The translations under genes and the position numbers were made by a program. The notes under the pieces were generated by a model, which saw only the letters and a program-made list of their open reading frames with translations, ran no database searches and was not told where the DNA came from. From Ignavibacteria bacterium (lineage in GTDB: Bacteria; Bacteroidota; Ignavibacteria; Kapaibacteriales; Kapaibacteriaceae): a DNA stretch of 64,000 nt. The DNA is taken from positions 8,915-72,914 of the forward strand of contig JBKCLO010000181.1 of assembly GCA_046300675.1 (NCBI GenBank), read 5' to 3'. Below, piece after piece: positions 19,297-29,024 of this stretch; positions within the stretch are counted from its first letter, which is position 1, and every line of letters begins with the position of its first letter.

Positions 19297-19776
19297 ATGC
19301 AGAACACCGAACGAACCATACGTACGATCATTACCAACCGCAAGGCTCTGCACGAGTACGAGGTACTACAGCGCTTTGAGGCCGGCATTGTATTGCTTGG
19401 AACAGAGGTTAAATCGCTTCGGGCAGGCAAGATTAGTCTGGCCGATGCATATGCGACGTTCCCATCTCGGCAAACAGACGAGCTTTGGCTGTTGGGGCTG
19501 CACATTGCACCCTATGATTTTGGCAACCGTGAAAATCACGACCCTCTTCGTAAGCGTAAGCTTCTGCTCAAGGAACATGAACTCGGCAAACTTCGAGAAG
19601 GTATCGAAGAGAAGGGGCTAACCGTAGTGCCCTTGTCGCTCTATTTTTCTGGTCCATACGTCAAGGTTGAACTTGGACTTGTTCGTGGAAAGAAGCTCTA
19701 CGATAAACGGGCAAGCACGAAGGAACGAGAGATTAAGCGAGATTTGCAACGACGCATAAGCGGCGATGATAACTGA
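19297..19776 (+). CDS. smpB: SsrA-binding protein SmpB (trans-translation)
   Basis: The ORF track gives 19213..19776; the ATG at 19297 gives MQNTERTIRTIITNRKALHEYEVLQRFEAGIVLLGTEVKSLRAGK..., the canonical SmpB N-terminus. A basic C-terminal tail is present. Confidence 0.9.
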   Translation: MQNTERTIRTIITNRKALHEYEVLQRFEAGIVLLGTEVKSLRAGKISLADAYATFPSRQTDELWLLGLHIAPYDFGNRENHDPLRKRKLLLKEHELGKLREGIEEKGLTVVPLSLYFSGPYVKVELGLVRGKKLYDKRASTKEREIKRDLQRRISGDDN

Positions 19777-19791
19777 TACGAGCCATCAAAT

Positions 19792-21000
19792 ATGAAACCT
19801 ATACACGAACAACTGGCCATCATTAAGGAACATGTAGTCGACCTTCTCCCAGAGGAGGACGTGCTGATGAAGCTCGAGCGTAGCATTCGTACCGGGACGC
19901 CTCTGCGCATTAAACTCGGACTCGATCCAAGCCGCCCTGATATTCATATTGGCCATGCCGTGGTGCTTCAGAAACTGCGTCAGTTTCAAGAGCTTGGACA
20001 CCTTGTGGTGCTCATCATTGGAGACTTTACCGCCACCATCGGCGACCCAACAGGAAAATCGAAAACGCGGCCGGCACTTACCATCGAGGAGACACGTCAC
20101 AACGGTACGACTTACGTTATGCAGGCGGCCAAGGTCCTCGATATGAATAAAACAGAGGTGCTCTACAACTCTAGTTGGCTAGACCTTCTCAGCTTTCGCG
20201 ATGTTATCAGACTTACCTCGCAGTACACCGTGGCACAGCTTCTCGAGCGCGATGACTTTACAAAGCGCTACAAGGGTGGAGAGCCGATTTCGCTACACGA
20301 ATTTCTGTATCCACTTATTCAAGCCTATGATTCAGTTGCTGTAAAGGCCGACATCGAGATTGGCGGAACAGATCAAAAGTTTAACCTACTGGCAGGACGT
20401 GAGATCATGCGAGGTTCAAATGCAGAACCGCAATGCATCCTCACGATGCCAATTCTTGAAGGCACCGATGGCGTTGAGAAGATGAGCAAGTCACTCGACA
20501 ACTATATAGCTCTTACCGACAGCGCCAAGGATATGTTCGGCAAGACCATGTCGATCCCGGACAGTCTTATTCCTCGATACCTGCAGTATGCCTGCTTTGC
20601 ATCTTCGGAAGAGGTTGCCTCGGTAACAAAGGGGCTTGCAGACGGAACGCTGCACCCGCGTACCGCTAAAGTTGATGTCGCAAAGCGTATCGCAGCACGC
20701 TACCATGGGGCAGAGGCAGGCAACGAAGCATTTGCAGAGTTTGAGCGTGTATTCGTCAAGAAAGACATCCCGGACATTATCGAAGAACGGACCCTGTCGT
20801 ATGCTAATGCCGATATCGTAACTGTCCTCGTCGATACGGCCATGGCGGCCTCAAAGAGCGAAGCTCGCAGACTTATCACACAAGGTGGTGTCTCGATTGA
20901 TGCTGTAAAGATCACTGATCCCGCGGCTGTAGTGGACCTTGCAGAGCAGAGAATTCTGCGCGTTGGCAAGCTCCGTTTCCTTCGGATTGTTGGTGCATGA
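19792..21000 (+). CDS. tyrS: Tyrosine--tRNA ligase
   Basis: 402 aa. It has the HIGH motif (PDIHIGHAV), the KMSKS motif (EKMSKSLDN) and a C-terminal S4-like domain (SKSEARRLITQGGVSID). Confidence 0.95.
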   Translation: MKPIHEQLAIIKEHVVDLLPEEDVLMKLERSIRTGTPLRIKLGLDPSRPDIHIGHAVVLQKLRQFQELGHLVVLIIGDFTATIGDPTGKSKTRPALTIEETRHNGTTYVMQAAKVLDMNKTEVLYNSSWLDLLSFRDVIRLTSQYTVAQLLERDDFTKRYKGGEPISLHEFLYPLIQAYDSVAVKADIEIGGTDQKFNLLAGREIMRGSNAEPQCILTMPILEGTDGVEKMSKSLDNYIALTDSAKDMFGKTMSIPDSLIPRYLQYACFASSEEVASVTKGLADGTLHPRTAKVDVAKRIAARYHGAEAGNEAFAEFERVFVKKDIPDIIEERTLSYANADIVTVLVDTAMAASKSEARRLITQGGVSIDAVKITDPAAVVDLAEQRILRVGKLRFLRIVGA

Positions 21001-21755
21001 ACATAGAGTTCCGAGTCGATGAATCAGCTACAGGACGGCGCAACATGGAGCTGGATCTGGAACTGCATGCCAGTGTGCACACTGGCAGATGTGACGTTGG
21101 ACTTCGGCTGTATTCATGGGATCCGTGGTGTGTGTCTCTCGGCAAACATCAATCAACTGATGGTCTGAATGCTGAGGCGCTAAGCAGATATGAGCTCGAT
21201 GTCGTGCACCGTCCAACAGGTGGACGCGCCGTGCTGCATGCTAACGAGGTAACGTATTGCCTGTGTGTTTCTATGCCCGATACAACGAAGTCGCAAGTAG
21301 TCTATGCGGCAGTCCATGATCTTCTGTATGCTGTGCTATCCCCTGTGGCCCCTGCGCTTTCGCATGCGTCGCTGTCGACAGACCTTCGTATGCATTACTC
21401 AGCCCAACAGCCCCTTGGACAGGCCTGCTTTACGAGCCATGCCAAAAGCGAAATCCTGTGGGGTCAACGCAAGGTTGTTGGTTCTGCGCAGCGCGTCATG
21501 GATGGCGTTCTGTTGCAGCATGGGTCGATACTCTGCGGTCCTGAACACGAGATACTCGCCCACATCATTGCTCCTAATCCAGAAAGCCTTTCAGGAGTAG
21601 AGCAAGCCCTGAAACGCAGCAGTGCCTCACTCTCAGAAGCTGCCGGTGCTGAGGTAACAATTGACAATCTCATGCAGCTCTTTTCTGATAAACAGCATGC
21701 AATTAGCGAGCAGCTTCAATCTATCTGCCAACTGGCAGTGGACGCAAGATCGTAA
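20997..21755 (+). CDS. Biotin/lipoate A/B protein ligase family protein (LipM/LplA-like octanoyl/lipoyl transferase)
   Basis: 252 aa. RPTGGRAVLHANEVTY and GQACF...GQRKVVGSAQR resemble the lipoate-protein ligase/octanoyltransferase catalytic core, with a candidate catalytic Cys and Lys. The start overlaps the tyrS stop (ATGA). Confidence 0.7.
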   Translation: MNIEFRVDESATGRRNMELDLELHASVHTGRCDVGLRLYSWDPWCVSLGKHQSTDGLNAEALSRYELDVVHRPTGGRAVLHANEVTYCLCVSMPDTTKSQVVYAAVHDLLYAVLSPVAPALSHASLSTDLRMHYSAQQPLGQACFTSHAKSEILWGQRKVVGSAQRVMDGVLLQHGSILCGPEHEILAHIIAPNPESLSGVEQALKRSSASLSEAAGAEVTIDNLMQLFSDKQHAISEQLQSICQLAVDARS

Positions 21756-22575
21756 TGCCGATGTTCGTTGAGACCTTTTTTACGTAGTCTGCAATTGGGA
21801 CATCGAGCACGACCATTTTTTGGGTAGACGATGCGTGCAGCAATCGGGCGCGGTTTCCATCACGCACAATCAGGCCGGTATGACTATAATCAAGGCCTGA
21901 CTTCGATGTTGCAATGGCCACGATATCGCCATCCTGCAGCTGATGCTCGATGCTCTCGATGTTCTTGCCAGGCACGATCAGGCGGCTGGTCTGATTCACG
22001 CGTTGCTCGATGTCGTGCATCACACTGATAAAATCTGGGTTTGCTTGCAATGCAGGATAATACTTCGGGTTCTTCGACATGAATCCCAGCTGCAGCGGAA
22101 ACGCTTGGCCACCTAACGTTGGCGTCACATCACGCACAACACCTTTCTTGATGTTGTTATCGATCCAATCTGATGTGTAGTGAAGACGGCTCGTGTAATC
22201 GGTAAGAATGCCGTCACGATATCGGGTGAATGTTACAGCATCAATCAGATCAGAAAGTGAATCCTTACCCAGGTGCGTAATGCGCGCCATATTCAACGTC
22301 ACTTCAAACAGCGTTACGCAATCAAGCCGGAGCATGTCAACAGAGCACATCTCGCGGCCAGGCCCATCGAGTGTTCCACCCACGTATGACACTCCAACGA
22401 GTTGCTGGGCTACTTTCGTCATGAGTTCACCTATGGGCAGTGCGCTCCAATTCGAATCAATGATCTTCGTGCGCACCTCATTGAACTTCCTACGAGTGCC
22501 ATCACTGGTTTGCATTGCCTGCATCGAGCAGACTGCTAGCAAGACAATGATCACTATGCGCATCGATGTGTGCAT
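21721..22575 (-). CDS. Secreted DUF1460-like (N-acetylmuramoyl-L-alanine amidase-like) protein
   Basis: The ORF track gives 21721..22611; the ATG at 22575 gives MHTSMRIVIIVLLAVCSMQA, a signal peptide, and avoids overlap with aspS. The motifs LRLDCVTLFEVTLNMARI and GDIVAIATSKSGLDYSHTGLIV...LLHASS recall the DUF1460 family. This assignment is from memory with no search. Confidence 0.5.
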   Translation of the reverse strand: MHTSMRIVIIVLLAVCSMQAMQTSDGTRRKFNEVRTKIIDSNWSALPIGELMTKVAQQLVGVSYVGGTLDGPGREMCSVDMLRLDCVTLFEVTLNMARITHLGKDSLSDLIDAVTFTRYRDGILTDYTSRLHYTSDWIDNNIKKGVVRDVTPTLGGQAFPLQLGFMSKNPKYYPALQANPDFISVMHDIEQRVNQTSRLIVPGKNIESIEHQLQDGDIVAIATSKSGLDYSHTGLIVRDGNRARLLHASSTQKMVVLDVPIADYVKKVSTNIGITILRPLPVGR

Positions 22576-22576
22576 G

Positions 22577-24349
22577 CTATTCGGCACTTGTTGTTGCGAT
22601 GCCAAGATCATGTAGTTGTTTCATGTCAATCCCAGACGGACAACCGTCCATGAGGGAGAGTCCAGAAGTAGTCTTTGGAAACGCAATCACATCGCGAATA
22701 TTATCCGTGCCGCTCATAAGCATCACCAGTCTGTCGAAGCCAAATGCAATACCACCGTGCGGCGGAGCACCATACTTGAGCGCGTCGAGTAGGAAGCCAA
22801 ACTTTGCTTCGGCATCTTCACGAGCAAAGCCGAGGAGATCGAACATTTGCTGCTGCACGTGATTCGTATGAATACGCACCGAGCCACCTGCAACTTCATA
22901 TCCGTTGATGATGAGGTCATGCGCCAGCGCACGAGCGTGCGTTGGGTCGCTTCCAAGGAGCTGAACATCATCTGGAAGGGGCGATGTAAACGGGTGATGT
23001 CGCGCGATCCACCGAGATTCCTCGTCACTATACTCAAGCAACGGAAACTCGGTAACCCAGTGGAAGGAGTATGTTCCCTTGAGCGACTCCAGAATACCTG
23101 TGCGGCGGGCAACTTCCGATCGGAGAGCTCCCGCTATTGTGCATGCACGTTCCCACTCTCCAGGAACGAAGAGAACAAGGTCGCCCTCGCCGGCATGAAC
23201 CGCGTCCAACAACCCGATTGCCTGCTCCTGCGTTATTGTCTTTGCGAACGAACCTGATACTTCCCCACCTGCAAGCTTAAGCCACGGGAGCCCCTTAGCA
23301 CCATACTTCTTCGCATGCTCAGTTAGCTCATCGATGTTTTTGCGCGAGAACCCTGCGCAGCCCGTGGCATTGAGGGCCATAATCGTGCCGCCCGAGGCAA
23401 CCGTGTCTTTGAATACAGAGAAATCACAAGCGCCTGCAAGGTCAGTGACATTCTTGAGCCGAAGATCATACCTGATATCCGGCTTATCCGAGCCATAGTT
23501 TTCCATGGCATGATGAAACGACATTCTCTCGAATGCCTCCGGTGTATTGTAACCTAGGATTTCCTGCCAGGCCTTCTTGATAAACCGCTCTGTAAGTGCA
23601 AGGATATCGTCCTGTTTGATGAACGACATCTCGACGTCTATCTGAGTAAACTCCGGTTGTCTGTCGGCACGCAGGTCTTCGTCTCGGAAGCACTTAACGA
23701 TCTGCATGTATTTGTCAAATCCGGATACCATCAACAGCTGCTTGAACAGCTGCGGAGATTGCGGCAGCGCGTAGAAGCGTCCCTTGTTCATGCGACTTGG
23801 AACGAGGAAGTCGCGCGCACCCTCTGGAGTAGACTTGGTAAGCACTGGTGTTTCAACTTCGAGAAATCCTTCTTCTTCGAAGAACCTGTGCGTGATCTGA
23901 TAAAGCTTATTACGAATGAGGAAGTTCTTCTGCATTACCGGTCTGCGAAGGTCCAGATACCGATGTTTGAGACGCAATTCCTCATTGGTACCAAGGTCAT
24001 CAACGATCTCAAACGGCGGAACATCGGCCGGATTGATGATACCAACTTCCGTTGCCAGCACTTCGATGAGTCCGGTAGGAATGCGAGGATTCGGATTCTC
24101 ACGCATGCGCACAGCCCCCTTCACCCAGAGGACATATTCGGCACGTACCTCGTGGATCTGCGCAGAGAGCTCAGGAGTGTGGGCAGAATCGACAACTACT
24201 TGAGTTACACCGTCGCGGTCACGCAGGTCAATGAATATCACACCGCCATAGTCGCGTCTGGCGTTTACCCAACCGTTAAGTGTAACTGACAATCCGTCAT
24301 GTTCTGGACGCAAAGCGCCACAGGTTGTCGTGCGTTGTTCGAAGTGCAT
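22577..24349 (-). CDS. aspS: Aspartate--tRNA ligase
   Basis: 590 aa. It has an OB anticodon-binding N-terminus (VTLNGWVNARRDYGGVIFIDLRDRDG) and class II motifs (FRDEDLRADRQPEFTQID, GGSVRIH, GFDRLVML). Confidence 0.95.
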   Translation of the reverse strand: MHFEQRTTTCGALRPEHDGLSVTLNGWVNARRDYGGVIFIDLRDRDGVTQVVVDSAHTPELSAQIHEVRAEYVLWVKGAVRMRENPNPRIPTGLIEVLATEVGIINPADVPPFEIVDDLGTNEELRLKHRYLDLRRPVMQKNFLIRNKLYQITHRFFEEEGFLEVETPVLTKSTPEGARDFLVPSRMNKGRFYALPQSPQLFKQLLMVSGFDKYMQIVKCFRDEDLRADRQPEFTQIDVEMSFIKQDDILALTERFIKKAWQEILGYNTPEAFERMSFHHAMENYGSDKPDIRYDLRLKNVTDLAGACDFSVFKDTVASGGTIMALNATGCAGFSRKNIDELTEHAKKYGAKGLPWLKLAGGEVSGSFAKTITQEQAIGLLDAVHAGEGDLVLFVPGEWERACTIAGALRSEVARRTGILESLKGTYSFHWVTEFPLLEYSDEESRWIARHHPFTSPLPDDVQLLGSDPTHARALAHDLIINGYEVAGGSVRIHTNHVQQQMFDLLGFAREDAEAKFGFLLDALKYGAPPHGGIAFGFDRLVMLMSGTDNIRDVIAFPKTTSGLSLMDGCPSGIDMKQLHDLGIATTSAE

Positions 24350-24395
24350 AGAGGAAAGCTAAAAGTGTAATGGCCAGCAATTTACCAAAGCCAGC

Positions 24396-25385
24396 CTAGC
24401 CAGTCATCATCGATGCGACGTTGTCAACAACCATTTCGGTTGCTATGCTGCCTAAGGAAGAATCTTCTGTGATGATAGGCCAGCATGGCGCATCATATGG
24501 CAGCCAGTTTACGTAGCCTCTGTGATCACGGGAGAACAAGACCACGCTGGGCACGTTATGGGCGGCGGCAACATGGATAGCAGCTGTATCAGGACTTAGA
24601 ATCCACGTACAGGATGCTATCAGAGCTGCAAAGTGTTGGTAGGTTGGGCCTGCATCAACGTACGCAGCACCTGTGGTCCTGGCAAGCTGTTCTGCCTGGA
24701 TCCTCTCGGAGGGGGCAGACATTACCACGATATCGACAGACGGGAAACGCTCTTTGATGGCTGGAATAGCTTGCTCAAGCGCCTCTATGGGATACATCCT
24801 GTCTCTCGATGATCCTGATATCTGCACACCCAATATCTGCTTTGAGGTTATGAAGGCCACCTTCGCACGAACCTCGGTCATGATTTCATTGCTCACCGTT
24901 ACCTTGGGACGTCTGGCTTCTAACGGGATCGATATTCCCAAGGGCAAGAGCAGATCGCACAGTACATCAACGATGTGACGAATGCTACGATCGCCCTGTG
25001 GGACGACGGTTGTAGCTGTGGATGGCCTTGCGGTTTCTAGAACAATGCTGTGCCGTGCGGCGGCGCAACGAATGAGAAGATTTGACGTTGAGGATGCGGT
25101 ATGGTTGAGATCGATCACTACATCGTATCGCGACCAACGCAATGTCCACAATAGTCGCAGCATCTGCAGCGAGTTCTTGCGAAGGATATGTATCGAATCA
25201 ACAACGGGTTCTATGGCGAAGGATGCCGCCATGTTGTTCCGAGATAACAGAACGTCGATTTGTGCTTCAGGGAATCGATTGCGTAAAGCGTGCAGTACAG
25301 CAGTTGAAACAAAGACATCACCAATGCGGTCTTGTCGCATGACAAGGATCTTTGCACGCTCTGGAAGAGTTATCGCGTCGGACAT
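24396..25385 (-). CDS. Glycosyltransferase family 9 (heptosyltransferase-like)
   Basis: 329 aa. ILVMRQDRIGDVFVSTAVLHALRNRFPEAQIDVL and a C-terminal ...SPDTAAIHVAAAHNVPSVVLF fit the GT9 (RfaF/RfaC-like) pattern. Confidence 0.75.
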   Translation of the reverse strand: MSDAITLPERAKILVMRQDRIGDVFVSTAVLHALRNRFPEAQIDVLLSRNNMAASFAIEPVVDSIHILRKNSLQMLRLLWTLRWSRYDVVIDLNHTASSTSNLLIRCAAARHSIVLETARPSTATTVVPQGDRSIRHIVDVLCDLLLPLGISIPLEARRPKVTVSNEIMTEVRAKVAFITSKQILGVQISGSSRDRMYPIEALEQAIPAIKERFPSVDIVVMSAPSERIQAEQLARTTGAAYVDAGPTYQHFAALIASCTWILSPDTAAIHVAAAHNVPSVVLFSRDHRGYVNWLPYDAPCWPIITEDSSLGSIATEMVVDNVASMMTG

Positions 25386-26521
25386 GACCGGTATGCCCCA
25401 AGTGTAAGCTCAGCTGTTCGTTCCCAATGAAACTTGCTGCACTGAACAAATCCTCGTTCTCTGAGATCTGCAAGCACTTCATCGTCATGCATAGCGAGCG
25501 CTATCGTTTCACGCATCTGCTCAACGTTCGTAGGATCGACGTAGAGAACTGCATCGCCCCCTACTTCCGTCATCGATGTTGTAGACGACGTGATGACAGG
25601 ACACCCACACTGCATTGCCTCAAGGATTGGCAAGCCGAATCCCTCTGCCTGAGAGGCAAACAGCAGAAGTGACGCACTACTTAGGAACTGCGTCAATTCG
25701 GTGTTGGAGACAGTATTAAAGACCCTCACCGATGCGTCAACATTCGTCAAACCCGAAACAAAGCTCTTGATCACCCTATCATTACGATCGGTGATAATAA
25801 TAAAGTCTGTGTCCTTGCGGATTTGCGTTGGTATAGACATCCATGCTTCCACCATCCTGTCGATGTTCTTACGGGCAACATCGATGCGTCCTACGAAAAG
25901 CACATATCGCCGGCGCACGTCGTACCTGGTGCGCACGTCATCTGTCAGTGGAGAAGGACTAAACTGGGGTCCAGCAGCAAGGGGCGTAACAGTTATCGGC
26001 CCATCAAACCACGGAAACCGATCCTGAATCGTATCTGCTACCCATTGTGATGGACAGACCACTGCGTTGGAATGTCGAAGCTGCTTTTCGACCATACGCG
26101 GGAAGCGATAACGAAGTCCGGCATCCACCGAGTACTCGCTGAACATTGGAATCAGATCATGGACTGTTGAAATTGTGCGTCTGTGATCTGCAAAGATCTT
26201 CTGAGGTCCCAGGTAGTGCACAACGTCTACATCATCAAACAGTCTGCGGAGCTCGCGCGCTATCCATAGTCTTGTTAACCGCCGCAAAGGGGCTCCTAAT
26301 GCCCGCTCATGCGTCAGTGTTAGCTGTGCACCTTCTGGGAGTTTGCCGCCAAAGAATTCAGTTACTTCTTCACGTTGACGCTTGTATCCGACAAGGAACG
26401 TGGAGACATCATCATGCGTCTGCATCCGGCGCAGAAGCTCACGTGAGTATCGTGCGATTCCGCTTCTTGAAAAGAAGTTGACGCTGATGTCATAACCAAT
26501 ACTGATGCGCGATGAGGTCAT
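25370..26521 (-). CDS. Glycosyltransferase family 4 (GT-B, RfaG-like)
   Basis: 383 aa with the EGFGLPILEAMQCGCPVITS motif (E-x7-E region) typical of GT4/GT1-type enzymes. It overlaps the downstream GT9 gene by 16 nt. Confidence 0.8.
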   Translation of the reverse strand: MTSSRISIGYDISVNFFSRSGIARYSRELLRRMQTHDDVSTFLVGYKRQREEVTEFFGGKLPEGAQLTLTHERALGAPLRRLTRLWIARELRRLFDDVDVVHYLGPQKIFADHRRTISTVHDLIPMFSEYSVDAGLRYRFPRMVEKQLRHSNAVVCPSQWVADTIQDRFPWFDGPITVTPLAAGPQFSPSPLTDDVRTRYDVRRRYVLFVGRIDVARKNIDRMVEAWMSIPTQIRKDTDFIIITDRNDRVIKSFVSGLTNVDASVRVFNTVSNTELTQFLSSASLLLFASQAEGFGLPILEAMQCGCPVITSSTTSMTEVGGDAVLYVDPTNVEQMRETIALAMHDDEVLADLRERGFVQCSKFHWERTAELTLGAYRSCPTR

Positions 26522-26585
26522 ACAATCGCAAGATATCGCCCATAGCGCATATCAAGCCCTGTGGCCGGCGGCTGTAGGCCCGAGA

Positions 26586-26879
26586 TCAGGCGATCTCGTT
26601 GGCTACGTCGTAGCGGACATCCTTGGCAAGGGAGTAGATCTTCTCGAGAGAGGCCGAAATTGCTGCGGTGGCCTCAGGATCATCAGATGCTTCGTATGCC
26701 TCTTGTGATGGGAATACATACACTTCTTGGAAGTGATTGTGCTTTCCCTTTACCTCGAACAGCGCAAAATCAACGTCCGTAGCAGCATAGAATTCGCGAA
26801 CGTTAGAAATGGCGTTGAGATACTCACCACGCTTGCCGTCGGCGATGGAATACGAAACGCTGAAATGAACTCTTGCCAT
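26586..26879 (-). CDS. Small hypothetical protein (97 aa), possibly a ferredoxin-like alpha+beta barrel
   Basis: A clean ORF with an ATG start and no overlapping alternative. It is an acidic protein (MARVHFSVSYSIADGKRGEYL...) with no recognisable motif. Confidence 0.5.
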   Translation of the reverse strand: MARVHFSVSYSIADGKRGEYLNAISNVREFYAATDVDFALFEVKGKHNHFQEVYVFPSQEAYEASDDPEATAAISASLEKIYSLAKDVRYDVANEIA

Positions 26880-26908
26880 GTGCAGATCCTGAATGGAAAA
26901 ACGAACTC

Positions 26909-26941
26909 AAAAATACGCCACGCACACTGTGAGAATGCGTA
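26909..26941 (-). terminator. Possible weak intrinsic terminator after the E1 beta gene
   Basis: The minus strand reads TACGCATTCTCACAGTGTGCGTGGCGTATTTTT. There are imperfect stems (ACGCA/TGCGT and TACGC/GCGTA) followed by T5. Confidence 0.3.
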
Positions 26942-26955
26942 AACTTTTCAACAAC

Positions 26956-27927
26956 CTAGAACGAACAAACCGTGCGAATCGTGTGTGCGATCTTCTCGGC
27001 ATTTGGCAGCACAGCCTTCTCCAACGTTGGAGCAAATGGAGTCGGGCTATCAAATGCAGCAACACGTTTAACCGGTGCATCTAACCACTGAAAGGCCTTA
27101 TCTGCAATGCGTGCGGCAATCTCCCCCCCGAATCCAGCTGTCAATACGGCTTCATGCGCTACCACAACACGACCAGTTCGCTTTACTGATTCCAGCACTG
27201 CTTCTTCATCGAAGGGCACAAGCGTACGTATGTCTACAACTTCGATATCAAGACCTTCCTGCTCAAGCATGCTGGCAGCTTCGAGAGCCATATGAACGGC
27301 TGAGCCATAGGAAATGACCGAGCAATGTTTACCCGGACGCACCGTGCGGGCCTTACCAAGTTCTACGACGTACTCTCCCTCGGGCACCTCTCCCTTGATC
27401 TTTCGATACAGTCCCTTGTGCTCAAAGAATACGACCGGATCGTTATCTCTGATCGACGCCATCATGAGCCCCTTGGCATCATCAGGAAATGCCGGGCACA
27501 CAACCTTGAGTCCGGTTGCGTGGGCAAACCATGCCTCGGAGTTTCTACTATGAAATGGATTCGCGCCAACACCTCCGCCAGATGGACCGCGAACGACCAT
27601 CGGAACTGGAATCGACCATCGATACGCCGTTGTTCCAGCTACGGTAACCAACTGGTTGAACCCGTTGGTAACGAAGTCCATAAACTGCATCTCTGCAACC
27701 GGACGCATACCGTTTAGCGATGCACCGATCGCCGCTCCAATAATGGCACTCTCTGAGATGGGCGCGTCGATGATTCGCTGCGGACCGAATTCATCAAGAA
27801 AGCCCTTTGTGAGCTTGAAAGCTCCACCATAGGTGCCGATGTCCTCGCCGATCATAAACACAGATGGATCTCGGCGCATCTCCACACGAAGTGCGTCTGC
27901 TATTGCCTCAAGGTAGGTCATGACCAT
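26956..27927 (-). CDS. 2-oxoacid (pyruvate/branched-chain) dehydrogenase E1 component, beta subunit
   Basis: 323 aa. MTYLEAIADALRVEMRRDPSVFMIGEDIG...AFKLTKGFLDEFGPQRIIDAPISE is the canonical transketolase-like E1 beta N-terminus. Confidence 0.9.
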   Translation of the reverse strand: MVMTYLEAIADALRVEMRRDPSVFMIGEDIGTYGGAFKLTKGFLDEFGPQRIIDAPISESAIIGAAIGASLNGMRPVAEMQFMDFVTNGFNQLVTVAGTTAYRWSIPVPMVVRGPSGGGVGANPFHSRNSEAWFAHATGLKVVCPAFPDDAKGLMMASIRDNDPVVFFEHKGLYRKIKGEVPEGEYVVELGKARTVRPGKHCSVISYGSAVHMALEAASMLEQEGLDIEVVDIRTLVPFDEEAVLESVKRTGRVVVAHEAVLTAGFGGEIAARIADKAFQWLDAPVKRVAAFDSPTPFAPTLEKAVLPNAEKIAHTIRTVCSF

Positions 27928-27931
27928 GTGA

Positions 27932-28930
27932 TTACGCTCCTACCGTTTCTGACATGAACACGCTCTTCATTCCTTCCTCTGCGTCTGGCCACGGATGCTC
28001 AAGTGCCTTGTCAATAGCTGTGATCATGTCTTGTAAGATCTGCTCGCGCATGGCTGTGGCCTCTGCCCTGCTCATCACCTTACGTGTGTCGAGAAGAGTG
28101 ATGTACTGTTCTACGGGATCTTTCTTCGACCATTCATCAAGCAGTTCCTTTGGCACATAGGCAAAGTCATCATGCTCTGCGTGGCCCCGCATACGCATGG
28201 TCTTGGTTTCGATAAGTGTTGGCCCCAGACCCTTGTTTGCGCGCTCTGCAGCCTCACAGCAGGTGGCGTAGACCAATTCTACATCAGTACCATCAATAGT
28301 AACTCCGTGCATGCCATATCCAACGGCACGATCGCTGAGGTTTTCGCACGCGAACTCCATAGAGTTCGGGGTAGAATATGCGTACTGATTATTCTCGATG
28401 ATAAGAATCAATGGAAGCTTGTGAACCGCAGCAAAGTTGAGTGCCTCGTGAACCTCTCCTACCTGAGCACCTCCATCACCGATGTACGTCATCGAAACAG
28501 TTGTGATGCCCCGCATTTTATCAGCAAGTGAAAAGCCTGCAGCAACGGGTATCATGGCGCCCAGATGCGACACGTTTCCATAGATGCGCAATGCCGGATC
28601 AGCATAGTGTCCCGTGCCGTCAGTTCCGCGCATCTGACTGCCCTGGCGTGCCAAGTGATTGAGCATGAGCTGATCGAGTGACTGGCCAAACACGAAGTGT
28701 CCGCCAATATTGCGGTGCATCGGGAACAGGACATCCTTGTGCCTATCGAGCGCATACGCGCTGCCTACACTGACAGCTTCATTACCCAGCTGCGAATAGA
28801 CCCCTCCAAAGGCTTTGCCTTGCCTGTAGAGTCGCAACATCGCTGTGTCGAACTCTCGAGCCATCAACATGTACCGCAGAAGATCTCGTTGCTGATCCGG
28901 AGTACACACAGAAGCCTTGGTTTTGGCCAT
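27932..28930 (-). CDS. 2-oxoacid dehydrogenase E1 component, alpha subunit (TPP-dependent)
   Basis: 332 aa with a TPP-binding motif region (YIGDGGAQVGEVHEALNFAAVHKLPLILIIENNQYAYSTP) and MRMRGHAEHDD. Confidence 0.9.
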   Translation of the reverse strand: MAKTKASVCTPDQQRDLLRYMLMAREFDTAMLRLYRQGKAFGGVYSQLGNEAVSVGSAYALDRHKDVLFPMHRNIGGHFVFGQSLDQLMLNHLARQGSQMRGTDGTGHYADPALRIYGNVSHLGAMIPVAAGFSLADKMRGITTVSMTYIGDGGAQVGEVHEALNFAAVHKLPLILIIENNQYAYSTPNSMEFACENLSDRAVGYGMHGVTIDGTDVELVYATCCEAAERANKGLGPTLIETKTMRMRGHAEHDDFAYVPKELLDEWSKKDPVEQYITLLDTRKVMSRAEATAMREQILQDMITAIDKALEHPWPDAEEGMKSVFMSETVGA

Positions 28931-28961
28931 GAACTATCCTTGGTATCGGTAAACGGAATGG

Positions 28962-29001
28962 CAAAAATACAAAGCCCCCTGCGAGGTTTCTCACAGGGGG
29001 C
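28962..29001 (-). terminator. Rho-independent terminator after the cytochrome c gene
   Basis: A perfect 8-bp GC-rich stem (GCCCCCTG at 28974-28981 pairing with CAGGGGGC at 28994-29001) is followed on the minus strand by TTTGTATTTTTG. Confidence 0.65.
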
Positions 29002-29024
29002 GGTTGCTGTTGGCAACTTCATCG

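Noticed and set aside
23657-24289. A 210-aa plus-strand ORF antisense to aspS
   Set aside because: It is a shadow ORF inside a conserved aminoacyl-tRNA synthetase gene.
26522-26585. GC-rich imperfect inverted repeats between the small ORF and the GT4 gene, considered as a possible terminator
   Set aside because: I could not form a convincing contiguous stem by hand, and there is no T-tract on the transcribed strand.
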